A stretch of 64,000 nucleotides of DNA from an uncultured Chloroflexia bacterium (GCA_963759135.1 CAVWXU010000016.1:69909-133908); one strand, 5' to 3'; shown: positions 42,678-52,159, counted from the stretch's first letter. Program-made: numbers and translations. Notes: generated from the letters alone by a model not told the origin.

Positions 42678-43973
42678 ATGTTCCTTGATCGCGCCACGGT
42701 ATGGCTGCGTGCCGGTGACGGCGGGGACGGAGCGGTCTCGTTCAGACGCGAGGCACATGTCCCCCGGGGCGGGCCCGATGGAGGCGACGGCGGGCGCGGT
42801 GGCTCGATCTACCTGAGCGTCGACGTCGGACAGACGACCCTCGGCGACTACCGATTCCATCATCATTTCCGGGCCGATTCCGGCGGCCGGGGGAGCGGCT
42901 CGCGCAGCCACGGCCGCGCCGGCGGGGACCTGGACCTCGGCGTGCCGCCGGGCACGGCCGTTCTGGATGCGGGTACCGGCGAGCTCGTGGCCGATCTCGT
43001 GGGCGCCGGACAGCGAGTCATGGTCGCCCGCGGCGGACGCGGGGGCCTGGGCAACGTCCATTTCGCGACGCCCACGCACCGTACCCCGCGGCACGCGCTC
43101 AAGGGCGAGCCAGGCGAGGAGCGGCAGCTCCGGTTCGAGCTGCGCCTGATCGCGGACGTCGGCCTGGTCGGGCTCCCCAACGCGGGCAAGTCCACCCTGC
43201 TCGCCGCGCTCACGAGCGCCACGCCGAAGATCGCCGACTACCCCTTCACGACGCTGGAGCCGAACCTCGGCGTGCTCGACCTGTCCGTGCTGGACCCCGA
43301 CGACCCCAGGCGTCCCACGATCGCGGACGTGCCCGGGCTCATCGAGGGTGCGAGCTCGGGAGCCGGGCTGGGGCACGCGTTCCTCCGCCACGTCGAGCGG
43401 ACGCGCGTGCTGCTGCACGTCGTGGACCTGGCGGCGCGGGACCCGCAGGGCGACAGGGAGATCGTGCGCGACGAGCTGCGCCTGTACGACGATCGGCTGC
43501 TGCGGAAGCCCCTGCTGGTGGTGGCGAACAAGCTCGACCTTCCCGGCGCACGCGAGCGATTCGACTCGTTTGCCCGCGTCTGCGCCGCGGATGGAGACGA
43601 GGTCGTGGGCGTGTCCGCCCTGGAAGGACAGGGCCTGCGCGAACTGGAGGCGTCCGTCGCGGCCCTGCTACCCGGCCCGGACGAGCTCGCCGTGCCCCCC
43701 GAACCGGCCGGTGTCGTGGTTCACCGGTTCGATTCCGCGCGTGAGACGTTCTCCGTCGAACGGGCGGGGGACGGATTTCGTCTGCGCGGCCGGCGGATCG
43801 AGCGGCTGGTGGCGCAGACGGATTTCGAGAACGAGGAGTCCGCCGAGCGCTTCCAGCGCGACCTCGAGCGGATGGGCGTGGCCCGCGAGCTGCGCCGGGC
43901 CGGCGTGCAGCCGGGCGACATGGTCGCGATCGGCACGCGGGAGCTGGAGTGGGGCGAGGAGGGGTGGGCGTGA
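42678..43973 (+). CDS. obg: GTPase Obg/CgtA
   Basis: 431-aa ORF with the Gly-rich Obg fold (GDGGDGAVSFRRE..GGPDGGDGGRGG), the G-domain (GLPNAGKST, DVPGLIEGA, NKLD) and a C-terminal OCT/TGS-like domain. Confidence 0.95.
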   Translation: MFLDRATVWLRAGDGGDGAVSFRREAHVPRGGPDGGDGGRGGSIYLSVDVGQTTLGDYRFHHHFRADSGGRGSGSRSHGRAGGDLDLGVPPGTAVLDAGTGELVADLVGAGQRVMVARGGRGGLGNVHFATPTHRTPRHALKGEPGEERQLRFELRLIADVGLVGLPNAGKSTLLAALTSATPKIADYPFTTLEPNLGVLDLSVLDPDDPRRPTIADVPGLIEGASSGAGLGHAFLRHVERTRVLLHVVDLAARDPQGDREIVRDELRLYDDRLLRKPLLVVANKLDLPGARERFDSFARVCAADGDEVVGVSALEGQGLRELEASVAALLPGPDELAVPPEPAGVVVHRFDSARETFSVERAGDGFRLRGRRIERLVAQTDFENEESAERFQRDLERMGVARELRRAGVQPGDMVAIGTRELEWGEEGWA

Positions 43974-44707
43974 CCACCGGGCCTGCGCCGGCGACGCCCG
44001 CGGCGTCCCGGCCGCGGGCAGCGTCGGCCGGCGGGGCATGGGGCGTGCTGGGTGGCACGTTCGACCCACCGCACTACGCCCACCTCGCGATCGCCGAGGA
44101 GGCCCGCGACGCGCTCGGGCTTGCCGGGGTCCTGTTCGTCCCGGCTGCCATTCCGCCGCACAAGCCCGGTCGTCGCCTCGCCCCGGCGCGCGACCGGGTC
44201 GCGATGGTCGAGCTGGCCATCGCCGACAACGCGGCGTTCCGCCTCAGCCGCGTCGAGGTCGACCGGCCGGGCCCCAGCTACACCGCCGACACGATCGATC
44301 TCCTGCTCGCGGACCCTCCGCAGCCATGGGATTCATCGGCCGGCCTCGTGTTCGTCCTCTCCGTGGAAGCGCTCCTGGGGCTGGAGACCTGGCACGCGCC
44401 CGAGCAGGTACTGCGCTCCTGCCGTCTCGCGGTCGTCCCGCGCCACGGGTTTTCCACGGAGCCCCGTTCGTGGATGGCGGATCATTTCCCCGCCTTCGAG
44501 GACCGGTTGATCGTGCTCGACGGTCCGGACCTGGGCCACTCCGCGTCGGCAATTCGCGACCGCGTGGCCGCCGGACGCACGATCCGGTACCTCGTGCCAC
44601 CCGCCGTCGAGGCGTACATCATGTCCCGCGGCCTGTACCGGGCCGCGCCGCGACACCGGCCGCAGTCCGGCCGGCCGGACGCACCAGGGAGGTCGAATCG
44701 AACGTGA
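43970..44707 (+). CDS. nadD: Nicotinate-nucleotide adenylyltransferase
   Basis: The GTG at 43970 overlaps the obg stop (GTGA) and follows GAGGAGGGG. Motifs: GVLGGTFDPPHYAHL, PPHKP, YTADTI. An alternative ATG lies at 43949. Confidence 0.85.
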   Translation: MTTGPAPATPAASRPRAASAGGAWGVLGGTFDPPHYAHLAIAEEARDALGLAGVLFVPAAIPPHKPGRRLAPARDRVAMVELAIADNAAFRLSRVEVDRPGPSYTADTIDLLLADPPQPWDSSAGLVFVLSVEALLGLETWHAPEQVLRSCRLAVVPRHGFSTEPRSWMADHFPAFEDRLIVLDGPDLGHSASAIRDRVAAGRTIRYLVPPAVEAYIMSRGLYRAAPRHRPQSGRPDAPGRSNRT

Positions 44708-45126
44708 CGGACCCTGTTCCCGCCCGCGAGGCTCGCCGGCCCGGGCTCCCGCCCCGCGACACGCCCGTGGTCGTCGACGCGCAGGTCGCGCTCTCGATGG
44801 CGCGCCGGATCGTCGAGCTGGCCGAGGACAAGAAGGCCTCCGACATCGTGTTGCTCGACGTCGGCGCACTGACGTCGCTCGCCGACTACTTCGTCGTCTG
44901 CTCGGGCGGCTCCGAACGGCAGCTGGCGGCGATCGCCGATGGCGTAGCGGAAGGGATGAAGGCCGACGGGGTCCTGCCACTCGGGCGCGAGGGCCGGTCG
45001 GGCAGCAACTGGGTGCTGCTGGACTTCGGCGCGGTGATCGTGCACGTGTTCGCACCGCCGGAGCGCGACTACTACCAGCTCGAGAAGCTCTGGGCCGACG
45101 CGCCCACCCTGCTGCGCGTCCAGTAG
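44704..45126 (+). CDS. rsfS: Ribosome silencing factor RsfS (iojap family)
   Basis: The GTG at 44704 overlaps the nadD stop (GTGA). Motifs: KKASDIVLLDV, ADYFVVCSGGSERQ, NWVLLDFGAVIVHVF, ERDYYQLEKLW. Confidence 0.85.
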   Translation: MTDPVPAREARRPGLPPRDTPVVVDAQVALSMARRIVELAEDKKASDIVLLDVGALTSLADYFVVCSGGSERQLAAIADGVAEGMKADGVLPLGREGRSGSNWVLLDFGAVIVHVFAPPERDYYQLEKLWADAPTLLRVQ

Positions 45127-45283
45127 CCCGACGATCGATCAGGGCTCCCGCGGACCCCCGTGTCGGCGTGGGTACTGCCTCGCGCGGTACCACCGAGGCA
45201 TGCCCGTCCTCGGCGGCTCCGCCTAGCATCGCCCATGCGACGACTGGCAAGCGCCAGTCGCGGATCGGATGGGATCACGCCGC

Positions 45284-45538
45284 ATGCCGTCCATCGCGCT
45301 GGACTGTCCCGAGTGTGGGCGCCCGCTCGTCAACACGCGGTACGACGCGACGTTCCGGCTTCCCGACCGCACCGAGCGGTTGTGCTTCGGAATCCCGGCC
45401 GGGCTGTGCGCCGATTGCCACCAGCTGTACATGGACCCGGAGCTGATCGAACTCCTCGATCTCGACGCGGGCCGCTGCGTGTTCGCCATCGAATCCGACA
45501 CGGTGCTGCAGGCGGCCGCCAGCTCGGGCGCCGAATAG
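45284..45538 (+). CDS. Small YgiT/MqsA-N-like zinc-finger protein
   Basis: 84-aa product: MPSIALDCPECGRPLVNTRYDATFRLPDRTERLCFGIPAGLCADCHQLYMDPELIELL. It has CxxC ... CxxC with the strand pattern of YgiT-type zinc fingers. There is no HTH domain and no adjacent toxin-like ORF. Confidence 0.5.
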   Translation: MPSIALDCPECGRPLVNTRYDATFRLPDRTERLCFGIPAGLCADCHQLYMDPELIELLDLDAGRCVFAIESDTVLQAAASSGAE

Positions 45539-45546
45539 ACTCCCGC

Positions 45547-46590
45547 TCAGGTCGCAACGCGCTCCGCGAGCCACAGGCCGAGCGCGAGCGGCCCGGTCAT
45601 CGGTCCGGCGCCCCGGCGCCCGTCGCCGGACAGCCCCTTGGACGCGAGATCGACCTCGAGCAGCGCGTCGAGCGCCGCCTCCAGGGCCGGAAGGTCCCAC
45701 AGCATGGCCTGTCGCGCGAGGGTCTCGGCGCGGTACGGGTGGAGCTTCAGCAGCCGGACCATGTCTCCGGGCGCCGCACCACGAGCCAGCCGGTCCCGGA
45801 TCTCGAGCAGCTGGCGGAACCGCCGATGCAGCTGCGTGACGACGACCGGGAGCGCCGCGCCCGAGGCCAGGAGCGCGGACGCGAGCCTGGACGCCTCGCC
45901 GGCCCGGCGCATGCCCACCGCGTCCAGGAACGCCCAGGTCGATGGCGGCACGCTCGGCGCCACGAGGAGGTCCACGTCCTCTCTGCGAACGCGGGCACCG
46001 GGCCGGTAGAGCGCCAGGAGCTGCAGGTGCGTCTCTGCGAGCTCCGTCTGCCGCCGACGATCGACGTCGCCCTCGCGCACGTCGCCCCCCACGCGTTCGG
46101 CCAGGAGACGCGCGGCCGCAGGTTCGAGGTCGATGTCGAGCGCGGCGGCGCGCTCGGCGATCCACGGTCCGAATCGTCCTGGGGGTATGGCCTGGACCCG
46201 TTGAACCGTTCCTCCGGCCCGCTCGATTGCCTCGCGGACCCGGGCCGACGCCGCCGCGGGCTCGCGCGCGCCGCTCGGCGAGAGTTCGGTGAAGGCGACG
46301 CCGTTGCCGGGGGCGATGCGGTCGAGGAGCGCGACGGCACGGTCCTGTTCTTCCCGGGATCGAAGGAGCGCGACCGGCTCGGCCACGACCGCCAGCACGA
46401 CGCCGCCGAAGAGCGCGGCCGTGCCCAGGCGCATCGCAAGCGCGTCGAGCACGCTGGGTTCCGCGGCATCTGGCCGCCAGATCTCGACGGGTTGTCCCGC
46501 GGCCTCCAGGTCGTGCGCGAGCCGCTCGACCGCGCGCCGGAGTCCGAGGACGTCGTCGCCCCAGAAGTACGCGAACGGCGGGCCCGTCAC
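45547..46590 (-). CDS. holA: DNA polymerase III delta subunit
   Basis: From the GTG at 46590 (VTGPPFAYFWGDD) the product is 347 aa. It sits in the conserved position downstream of comEC and has delta-like helical repeats (WAFLDAVGMRRAGEA, VVVTQLHRRFRQLLEI, LKLHPYRAE). The same frame stays open upstream to 48030 only because of GC bias. Confidence 0.75.
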   Translation of the reverse strand: MTGPPFAYFWGDDVLGLRRAVERLAHDLEAAGQPVEIWRPDAAEPSVLDALAMRLGTAALFGGVVLAVVAEPVALLRSREEQDRAVALLDRIAPGNGVAFTELSPSGAREPAAASARVREAIERAGGTVQRVQAIPPGRFGPWIAERAAALDIDLEPAAARLLAERVGGDVREGDVDRRRQTELAETHLQLLALYRPGARVRREDVDLLVAPSVPPSTWAFLDAVGMRRAGEASRLASALLASGAALPVVVTQLHRRFRQLLEIRDRLARGAAPGDMVRLLKLHPYRAETLARQAMLWDLPALEAALDALLEVDLASKGLSGDGRRGAGPMTGPLALGLWLAERVAT

Positions 46591-46616
46591 CGCCGCAATC
46601 GTCCGCCGGCCCGAAG

Positions 46617-47258
46617 TCAGGTTGCCGCGCCCGTTCCCGCGGCCGGCGCGGCAGCGGCCGCCTGGCGGCGCCGGCGACGCGCCGCCTCCAGTGTCGGGGC
46701 GACCCAGCGCAGGCGGCGCACGGCGAGCGGACTGACGCCCGCGGTTTCGCACACCTCGCGCTCGAGGCGCTCTGCGCGGGCTCGCGCCCGGGCCAGGCTT
46801 TCCCGGTACTCCGGGTATCGGGCGGCCCACCCGGCGAACCGCGCGCTCATCGCCTCCAGCCGCTGGCCCGCACGCTTGTCGGCGTAGGCCACGATCCGTT
46901 CCTCGCGGGTCGCGACCCCGTTCCAGCGCCCGTACCGATCCGCGTCGAGCAGACGCGTGATGGAGTGGGCCGAGATCGCCCGCGTGAGCTCGGGGTAGCC
47001 GCGCTGGCTCAGCCAGCGCGCTGCAGCCGCGCCGTGTCCCAGCTCCTGGACCGGATCGTCGGCCGGGAGGAGCTTGTCGATGTCGTGGAGGAGGCCGGCC
47101 GCCTCGACCAGCTCGCGATCGACCGCGATGCCGCGGGCCGCACAGCGCTCGGCGAGGAACGACGCGACCTCGGCGACGGCTCCGACGTGGGCCAGGAGCC
47201 AGTCGGGCGGATCGAGTTCGAGCAGGATGTCGGCGGCTTCCGCGCGCGAGGGGACCAC
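46617..47258 (-). CDS. HD-domain phosphohydrolase
   Basis: 213-aa ORF (GTG start) with HVGAVAEVASFLA, GLLHDIDK and AYADKRAG. Confidence 0.75.
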   Translation of the reverse strand: MVPSRAEAADILLELDPPDWLLAHVGAVAEVASFLAERCAARGIAVDRELVEAAGLLHDIDKLLPADDPVQELGHGAAAARWLSQRGYPELTRAISAHSITRLLDADRYGRWNGVATREERIVAYADKRAGQRLEAMSARFAGWAARYPEYRESLARARARAERLEREVCETAGVSPLAVRRLRWVAPTLEAARRRRRQAAAAAPAAGTGAAT

Positions 47259-47267
47259 CGCGCAATT

Positions 47268-50050
47268 CTATGCAACCTGAGGCACCTTCGCCGGGCCATC
47301 TGTCGCCGGGGTATCTGTCGTCGGGCCATGTGCCGCTGGGGCACCTGCCGTCGGGCCATCCGGCGCCGCCTCCTGCTGGGCGCGCGGCCGAGAGCGACCT
47401 CCCCACGGCTGCAGAAGCCCAGCTCGTGGACGCCGACTCGACTCGAAGGTCGGAACCGTCGGTGCTGACGGCGACCGTTCCGTCTCGGTCGGTCCTGAGC
47501 AGCCGCGCCCCGGCGGCACGGAGGCGGTCGAGCGTCGCCTCGGCCGGGTGACCGTAGTCATTGCCGGCGCCCACGCTCACGACGGCAACCTCCGGCCGGG
47601 TGGCCTCGAGGAACGCCGCCGTCGACGCCGTCCGGCTGCCGTGGTGGGCGACCTTGAGGATGTCCACCCGCGGCTGGGCGGCGCTGATGGTTCCCGACGC
47701 CAGCAGGGCTGGCATCGACGTCCTGCTCCGCGTCGCCCATGAGGAGGAACCTCCGCGCGCCGTAACGCACGTCGAGCACGATCGAGACATTGTTGACGCC
47801 GGTGCCCGTCTCCGCCGGCGCTTCCGGGACCGTCCCGCGGCTCGGCCACAGCACCTGGATCTGCAGGCCGTCGGCGTCGAGCCGATCGCCAGCCGCCAGC
47901 CGTCCTGTCGACCTTCCCTCCGTCGCCAGCTGCCCGACGAGTGCGGCCCAGCCGGGACCGGACCCGCGCATGCCCGGCTCGACCACGCGTGCGACCCGGT
48001 ACCGGCGGAGGAGGACGGCCGCTCCGCCAACGTGATCCTCGTGCGGATGCGTGAGCACGAGCAGGTCGACTCGCCTGTCCCATGCCGGGATCCGGGCGTC
48101 GAGCTGGACGAGCAGCCGCTCCGGATCCGGCCCGGTGTCCACGAGGACGCGGCCTCCCGACGGACCCTGGAGCAGGGTCGCGTCGCCCTGTCCCACGTCC
48201 AGGAACGTCACGTGCAGCCGCCCGTCTGGCCGGGCCGCGGCGACCAGCAGCAACGCGACGAGGGCTCCCACGGTCAGGACCGACAGGAGCCGCCGGATGC
48301 GCGCCTCCTGGCCGGAGCCGCTCCCGGCGCGTGTTCGGCGGCCCGGACCGCCGCCTGGCCGAGCGACGCGGTCTCCCGGCCGATCGTGAACGCCGTGCCC
48401 CGGCATGAGGGCGGACCCGTGCGCGACGCCGGGCGCCGTCACGGCGCCTTGCTGCCCCGGAACGCCGGAAGGTGCCCAGCCGCCGAGACCCACGAGTGCC
48501 CCTGCGGCGGACAGTTGCCGGCGGGCTCGCGGGAAGGCGAGGGCAGCCACGAGGAGCGCGACCACGCCCGCGGAGACGTACGTCGCGGGCGTGCCGAGCG
48601 TCAGGCTGGCGCCGGGCACGGCGGCGGCCGCCCGGCCCACACCGATCAGCGCGCCCAGCAGCACCGCTCCGGCAGCCCCGATTGCGGTGGCCACTGAGGC
48701 CAGGACTGCGCCGGGTAGTCCGGGAATCCCGAGCGCCGCGGTCCAGCCTTCGACGAGCGCCGCGGTCCAGCCCGCGACGAGCGCCGCGGCCGACGCCGCC
48801 ATCACCGGTACCACCAGGGGAGCCGCCGCGAGGTTGGCGATCGGCGAGATGAGCGAGACGCGCCCGAAGTCGACCAGGACCAGCGGCAGCGTCGCTGCCT
48901 GTGCCGCGAGCGACACGCCCAGCGAGTCGATCAGCCAGGAAGGGACGCGCACCCGGCCCGTCGGCGGCCCGAGTCGGTCGCGGAGCCACTGCGTGAGCGG
49001 AGTGCCCCACGCGAGCAGCCCCGCCGTCGCGGCGACGGAGAGCTGGAACCCCGCGTCGCCGACCACCGTGGGATCGACGAGAAGCATGGCGACCACGGCG
49101 AGCCCGAGCGCGGAAGCGGCGGTGCCCGGCCGCCCGAGCTCACGGCTGCCCACGACGGCTCCGGCCATCGTGGCGGCCCGAATGACGCTCGCACCCATCC
49201 CCGCGGCGAGCGTGTACGCGGCGATCGCCGCGAGCGTCGCTGCCGAGCGCCGGCGACGGCTGGTGCGCCTCAGGATCGCCGCAAGCGCGCCGGCGACGAC
49301 TGCGATGTTCCAGCCGCTGATCGCGACGATGTGGCTGAGGCCTGCCGTGGTGAACGCGGCCGCCACGTCGCGGTCCACCTGGTCCCGCAGCCCGACCAGG
49401 ATCCCGGCCGCGAGGCCGGCCTGTGGCGCGGGCAGTACGCGCGCCAGCATCTCTCCCGCGTCACGCCGGCGGCGCTCCAGCCACGCCGCGGGCCCCTCCG
49501 TGACCGGCATGCGATCGAGGCTTCGGGACGTGATCGTTCCGGCAATCCCCGAGCGCCGCAGGTAGTCCCCGAACCCGGGCCCATCGGGCGGGGCGCGCAC
49601 GGAGCCGCTGAGCGAGACGCGGTCCCCCGGCACGATCTCCGGGTAGCGCGGCAGGCGTGCGTAGAGGCGCAGCGTGTCTCCCGTGGCGTCGATCACCGCG
49701 AGGACCGCTCGCTGGGCGCCGTCGGACGGCGCGGACACCGAGACGACCTCCGCCGCGGCGTGGTCGAGAGCCGTCGGCAGGATCGCGGGCGTCGGCGTCG
49801 GCAGGAGCGTGCCTGCGACAAGCCGCGCGGCGACGATCCCAGCCCCGGCTGCCACCGCGAGGGCCGGCACCGAGGGCCGCCAGGCGGCGGTCGCGGCGCA
49901 GGCGAGTGCCACCGCGGCGGCGATGACCGCGGCGGGGCCGAGCATCACCATGTTCGGCTCGTCACCGGCCAGGAGCGCCGGCGCGCCCGTGGCGGCCAGC
50001 GCGGCGAGGACCGACCCGACGGCGAGCCAGCCCGCCCGCGGCACGGTCAT
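47268..50050 (-). CDS. comEC: DNA internalisation competence protein ComEC/Rec2 (DUF4131 + competence TM domain + MBL domain), at least 2 frame disruptions, 3' end uncertain
   Basis: The 830-aa frame has LSHIVAISGWNIAVV, FQLSVAATAGL and the MBL start HVTFLDVGQGDATLL..LLVLTHPHEDHVGG..RFLLMGDAEQD. The MBL end (ALLASGTISAAQPRVDILKVAHHGSRTAS...LLRTDRDGTVAVSTDG) is in the next frame, switching near 47707 (a GGG run). That frame has no stop until 45547. A second +1 shift would terminate at the TAG at 47268, 9 nt before the HD gene. Confidence 0.8.
47290..47364. repeat. 5 x 15-bp tandem repeat (GYCGGGSYAYCTGYC-like)
   Basis: gccgggccatctgtc / gccggggtatctgtc / gtcgggccatgtgcc / gctggggcacctgcc / gtcgggccatccggc. 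It lies between the conserved end of comEC and the HD-gene start. On the minus strand it encodes WPDGR/CPSGT/WPDDR/YPGDR/WPGEG-type pentapeptides in one frame. Confidence 0.9.
48731..48797. repeat. In-frame 24-bp tandem duplication (2.8 copies) inside comEC
   Basis: gagcgccgcggtccagccttcgac / gagcgccgcggtccagcccgcgac / gagcgccgcggccgacgcc. On the minus strand this encodes ...ALVAGWTAALVEGWTAAL... Confidence 0.85.
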
Positions 50051-50123
50051 CTACCCCCCACGGTGAGATCGACCCGACGGCGAGCCAGCCCGCCCGCGCA
50101 CGGTCACCTACCCCCCACGGTGA
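50012..50123. repeat. 58-bp-period tandem duplication of the comEA-stop / comEC-start junction
   Basis: Copy 1 (50012..50066) is cgacccgacggcgagccagcccgcccgcggcacggtcatctaccccccacggtga. Copy 2 (50070..50123) is identical except for one missing g and t>c. Copy 1 holds the comEC ATG (50050). Copy 2 holds the comEA stop (50104) and a GTG in place of the ATG. Confidence 0.9.
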
Positions 50124-50823
50124 TGAGCGACCGAATCTTGGCCATGACCGATGCCGAGACCACCTTGCGTGCGAGCAGGTCGTCGACGGCCTCGAAGGGG
50201 CGCTCTTCACGCGCCGCGATGATCCTGGCCGCGGTGACGGGACCGATGCCGGGAAGCGTGTCGAGTTCGGAGGCGCTCGCCTGGTTGACGTCGACGCGAC
50301 CCTGCCCGGGTCCTCCCGCGGGCCCCGGGTTCGTGGCGGCGCCCGCGCCCGATGGGCCGCTGCCGGCCGCGGACGAGCCTCGCTCCGGCACGACCACTTT
50401 GGCTCCGTCGTGGAGGACCTCCGCGAGGTTGAGCGCGGCCGCAGCCGCAGTGGCGTCCACTCGCGCCCCGTATCCGCCGGCGGCACGGATGGCGTCGGCA
50501 ACCCGGCTGCCGGGAGGCAGGGAGTACAGGCCGGGATGCAGGACGGCACCGGCTACGTCAACCATCCAGACTTCGGATGCGGCGGTGCCAGACCCCGGCG
50601 ACGGCTCCGCGGCCGCACCGGTCCCTCCGCCCGTGAGCGCTGGCCCGGAGAGGCCATTCCCTGTCGGCGTGAGCGCGAGCATCGCCCCGGCCGCCGAGGC
50701 GAGGGCGAGGGCGACGATTCCGAGCGCGACCAGGCGTCGTCGGGCTGCCCGAGGCTCCCCGAGGTCCGGTGGGTCCTCGGGGAGCGCCTCCACGGCCCGC
50801 CAGGCTTCGGGCAGCTGCTCCAT
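50104..50823 (-). CDS. comEA: Competence protein ComEA (TM anchor + SLBB + helix-hairpin-helix DNA binding)
   Basis: 239-aa ORF preceded by GGGAGG. Motifs: VDVAGAVLHPGLYSLPPGSRVADAI (SLBB) and VDVNQASASELDTLPGIGPVTAARII (HhH). Confidence 0.9.
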   Translation of the reverse strand: MEQLPEAWRAVEALPEDPPDLGEPRAARRRLVALGIVALALASAAGAMLALTPTGNGLSGPALTGGGTGAAAEPSPGSGTAASEVWMVDVAGAVLHPGLYSLPPGSRVADAIRAAGGYGARVDATAAAAALNLAEVLHDGAKVVVPERGSSAAGSGPSGAGAATNPGPAGGPGQGRVDVNQASASELDTLPGIGPVTAARIIAAREERPFEAVDDLLARKVVSASVMAKIRSLITVGGR

Positions 50824-51021
50824 TCGGCACCTCCCTGAAGCGGCGGGGGTGGCACGAAGGCGCGCTCGGTGTTCGACGGTGGCGGTCGGCGCAGGGCCGG
50901 ATCAGACCCAGCCCGGCGGGGTCAGATGGCCGCGCGTGGTCAGGGTCCGGCGGGAGGGCTCTCGTCCGGCTGCGACGCCCTGCGCTGCCGGGCGGGTCAC
51001 AGGCGGGAACGGATGCGGCAC

Positions 51022-51074
51022 GTCCGCCGAGGCCCGGGGCACTTCGGATCTCGGCGGACGGTGGCGAGACTATA
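51022..51074 (-). other. 10-bp perfect stem hairpin (GTCCGCCGAG...CTCGGCGGAC) with a TATAGT hexamer just upstream (read on the minus strand), in the 394-bp non-coding region upstream of comEA
   Basis: The stem arms are at 51022..51031 and 51050..51059, with an 18-nt loop. The TATAGT (minus strand) at 51069..51074 is the only AT-rich hexamer in the spacer. Confidence 0.3.
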
Positions 51075-51217
51075 CCGGCAAGAGCTTACCGGTGGCTTAC
51101 GTGCGCATGCCCGCGAGGGCCCCGCGGCGGCCCTCGTTGGCCCTCGGGTGGCGCGTCCATCACCCTGCGCCGAACACCCTGCGGCGAAACGGGCCAGCCG
51201 GGCGGTTCGGTCGAGAA

Positions 51218-52159
51218 TCACATCGTCTGGAGCAGCGGCCTGACCTCGGTCACGAGCCGTGTCATCGACTCTTCGTCGTACGTCGCAGGGAACCCGGCGA
51301 TGAGGTGGCGGTACCCCAGCTCCAGGTAAGGAGCGAGGCGCTCGGCGACGTCCTCCGGGGTGCCCACCGGCTGGTCGGTCCATCGGCGAGCGGCGCGGTT
51401 GCGGTCGAACGCCTCCCCGAAGGCTCGTTCAGCCTCCGCGCGGTCGTCGCGGATGAAGACCGTGCCGATGCCCGTCGTCCGTTCGATCTCGTCCGGGTTG
51501 CGTCCGACGGCGGCGCAATGCTCGAGGAGCACGCGTTCCTTCCGTCGCACTTCGTCGACGCCTCCGCCGACGTTGTTCATGTCGGCGAACTCCGCCACGA
51601 GCCTGAGCGTCACCTTCTCGCCGCCGCCGCCCACGCAGATGGGCAGGTGCGACTGCACCGGCCGAGGGTCGTTCCGGACGTGGGATGCGCGGTAGCGCGA
51701 GCCCTCGGGCGCGGAGGGCCCGGTGTCGTCGAGCATGCCGCGCATGATCGGCAGCGCCTGGCGCAGCCAGCGCAGGCGTTCCGGCGCGCCCGACCCGAAC
51801 TCGAAGCCGAAGTCGTGGGCCTCACCCTCGAACCAGGCGGCGCCGATGCCGAGGATCGCCCGACCCCCGCTGATGTGGTCGAGCGTCGTCGCCATCTTGG
51901 CCACGAGCGACGGCTCGCGGTACGGGTTGGCGCCCACCATCAGGCCGATCCGGATGCGTTCCGTCCGGGCGGCCCAGGCCGTGATCGTGAGCCAGCCTTC
52001 GTAGTTTGGCCCGTGCGGATCGCCGACGATCGGGTAGAGGTGGTCCCACGTCCAGAGCGTGTCGTAGCCGAGCCGGTCGGCCCGGATGCCCGCCTCGAGC
52101 AGGGACGGCCAGTCCGTGTACTGGTTCCAGCAGAGGGCGCCGATCTTGACGTCGCTCAA
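51218..52159 (-). CDS. Luciferase-like monooxygenase (LLM) family, F420-dependent-type oxidoreductase
   Basis: From the TTG at 52159 (LSDVKIGALCW) the product is 313 aa. Motifs: LGYDTLWTWDHL, LVAKMATTLDHISGGRAILGIGAAW, ICVGGGGEK. Confidence 0.8.
   Translation of the reverse strand: MSDVKIGALCWNQYTDWPSLLEAGIRADRLGYDTLWTWDHLYPIVGDPHGPNYEGWLTITAWAARTERIRIGLMVGANPYREPSLVAKMATTLDHISGGRAILGIGAAWFEGEAHDFGFEFGSGAPERLRWLRQALPIMRGMLDDTGPSAPEGSRYRASHVRNDPRPVQSHLPICVGGGGEKVTLRLVAEFADMNNVGGGVDEVRRKERVLLEHCAAVGRNPDEIERTTGIGTVFIRDDRAEAERAFGEAFDRNRAARRWTDQPVGTPEDVAERLAPYLELGYRHLIAGFPATYDEESMTRLVTEVRPLLQTM
52047..52077. repeat. 31-bp direct repeat, copy 1 (inside the LLM gene)
   Basis: cacgtccagagcgtgtcgtagccgagccggt is identical to 52863..52893. 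Confidence 0.9.
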
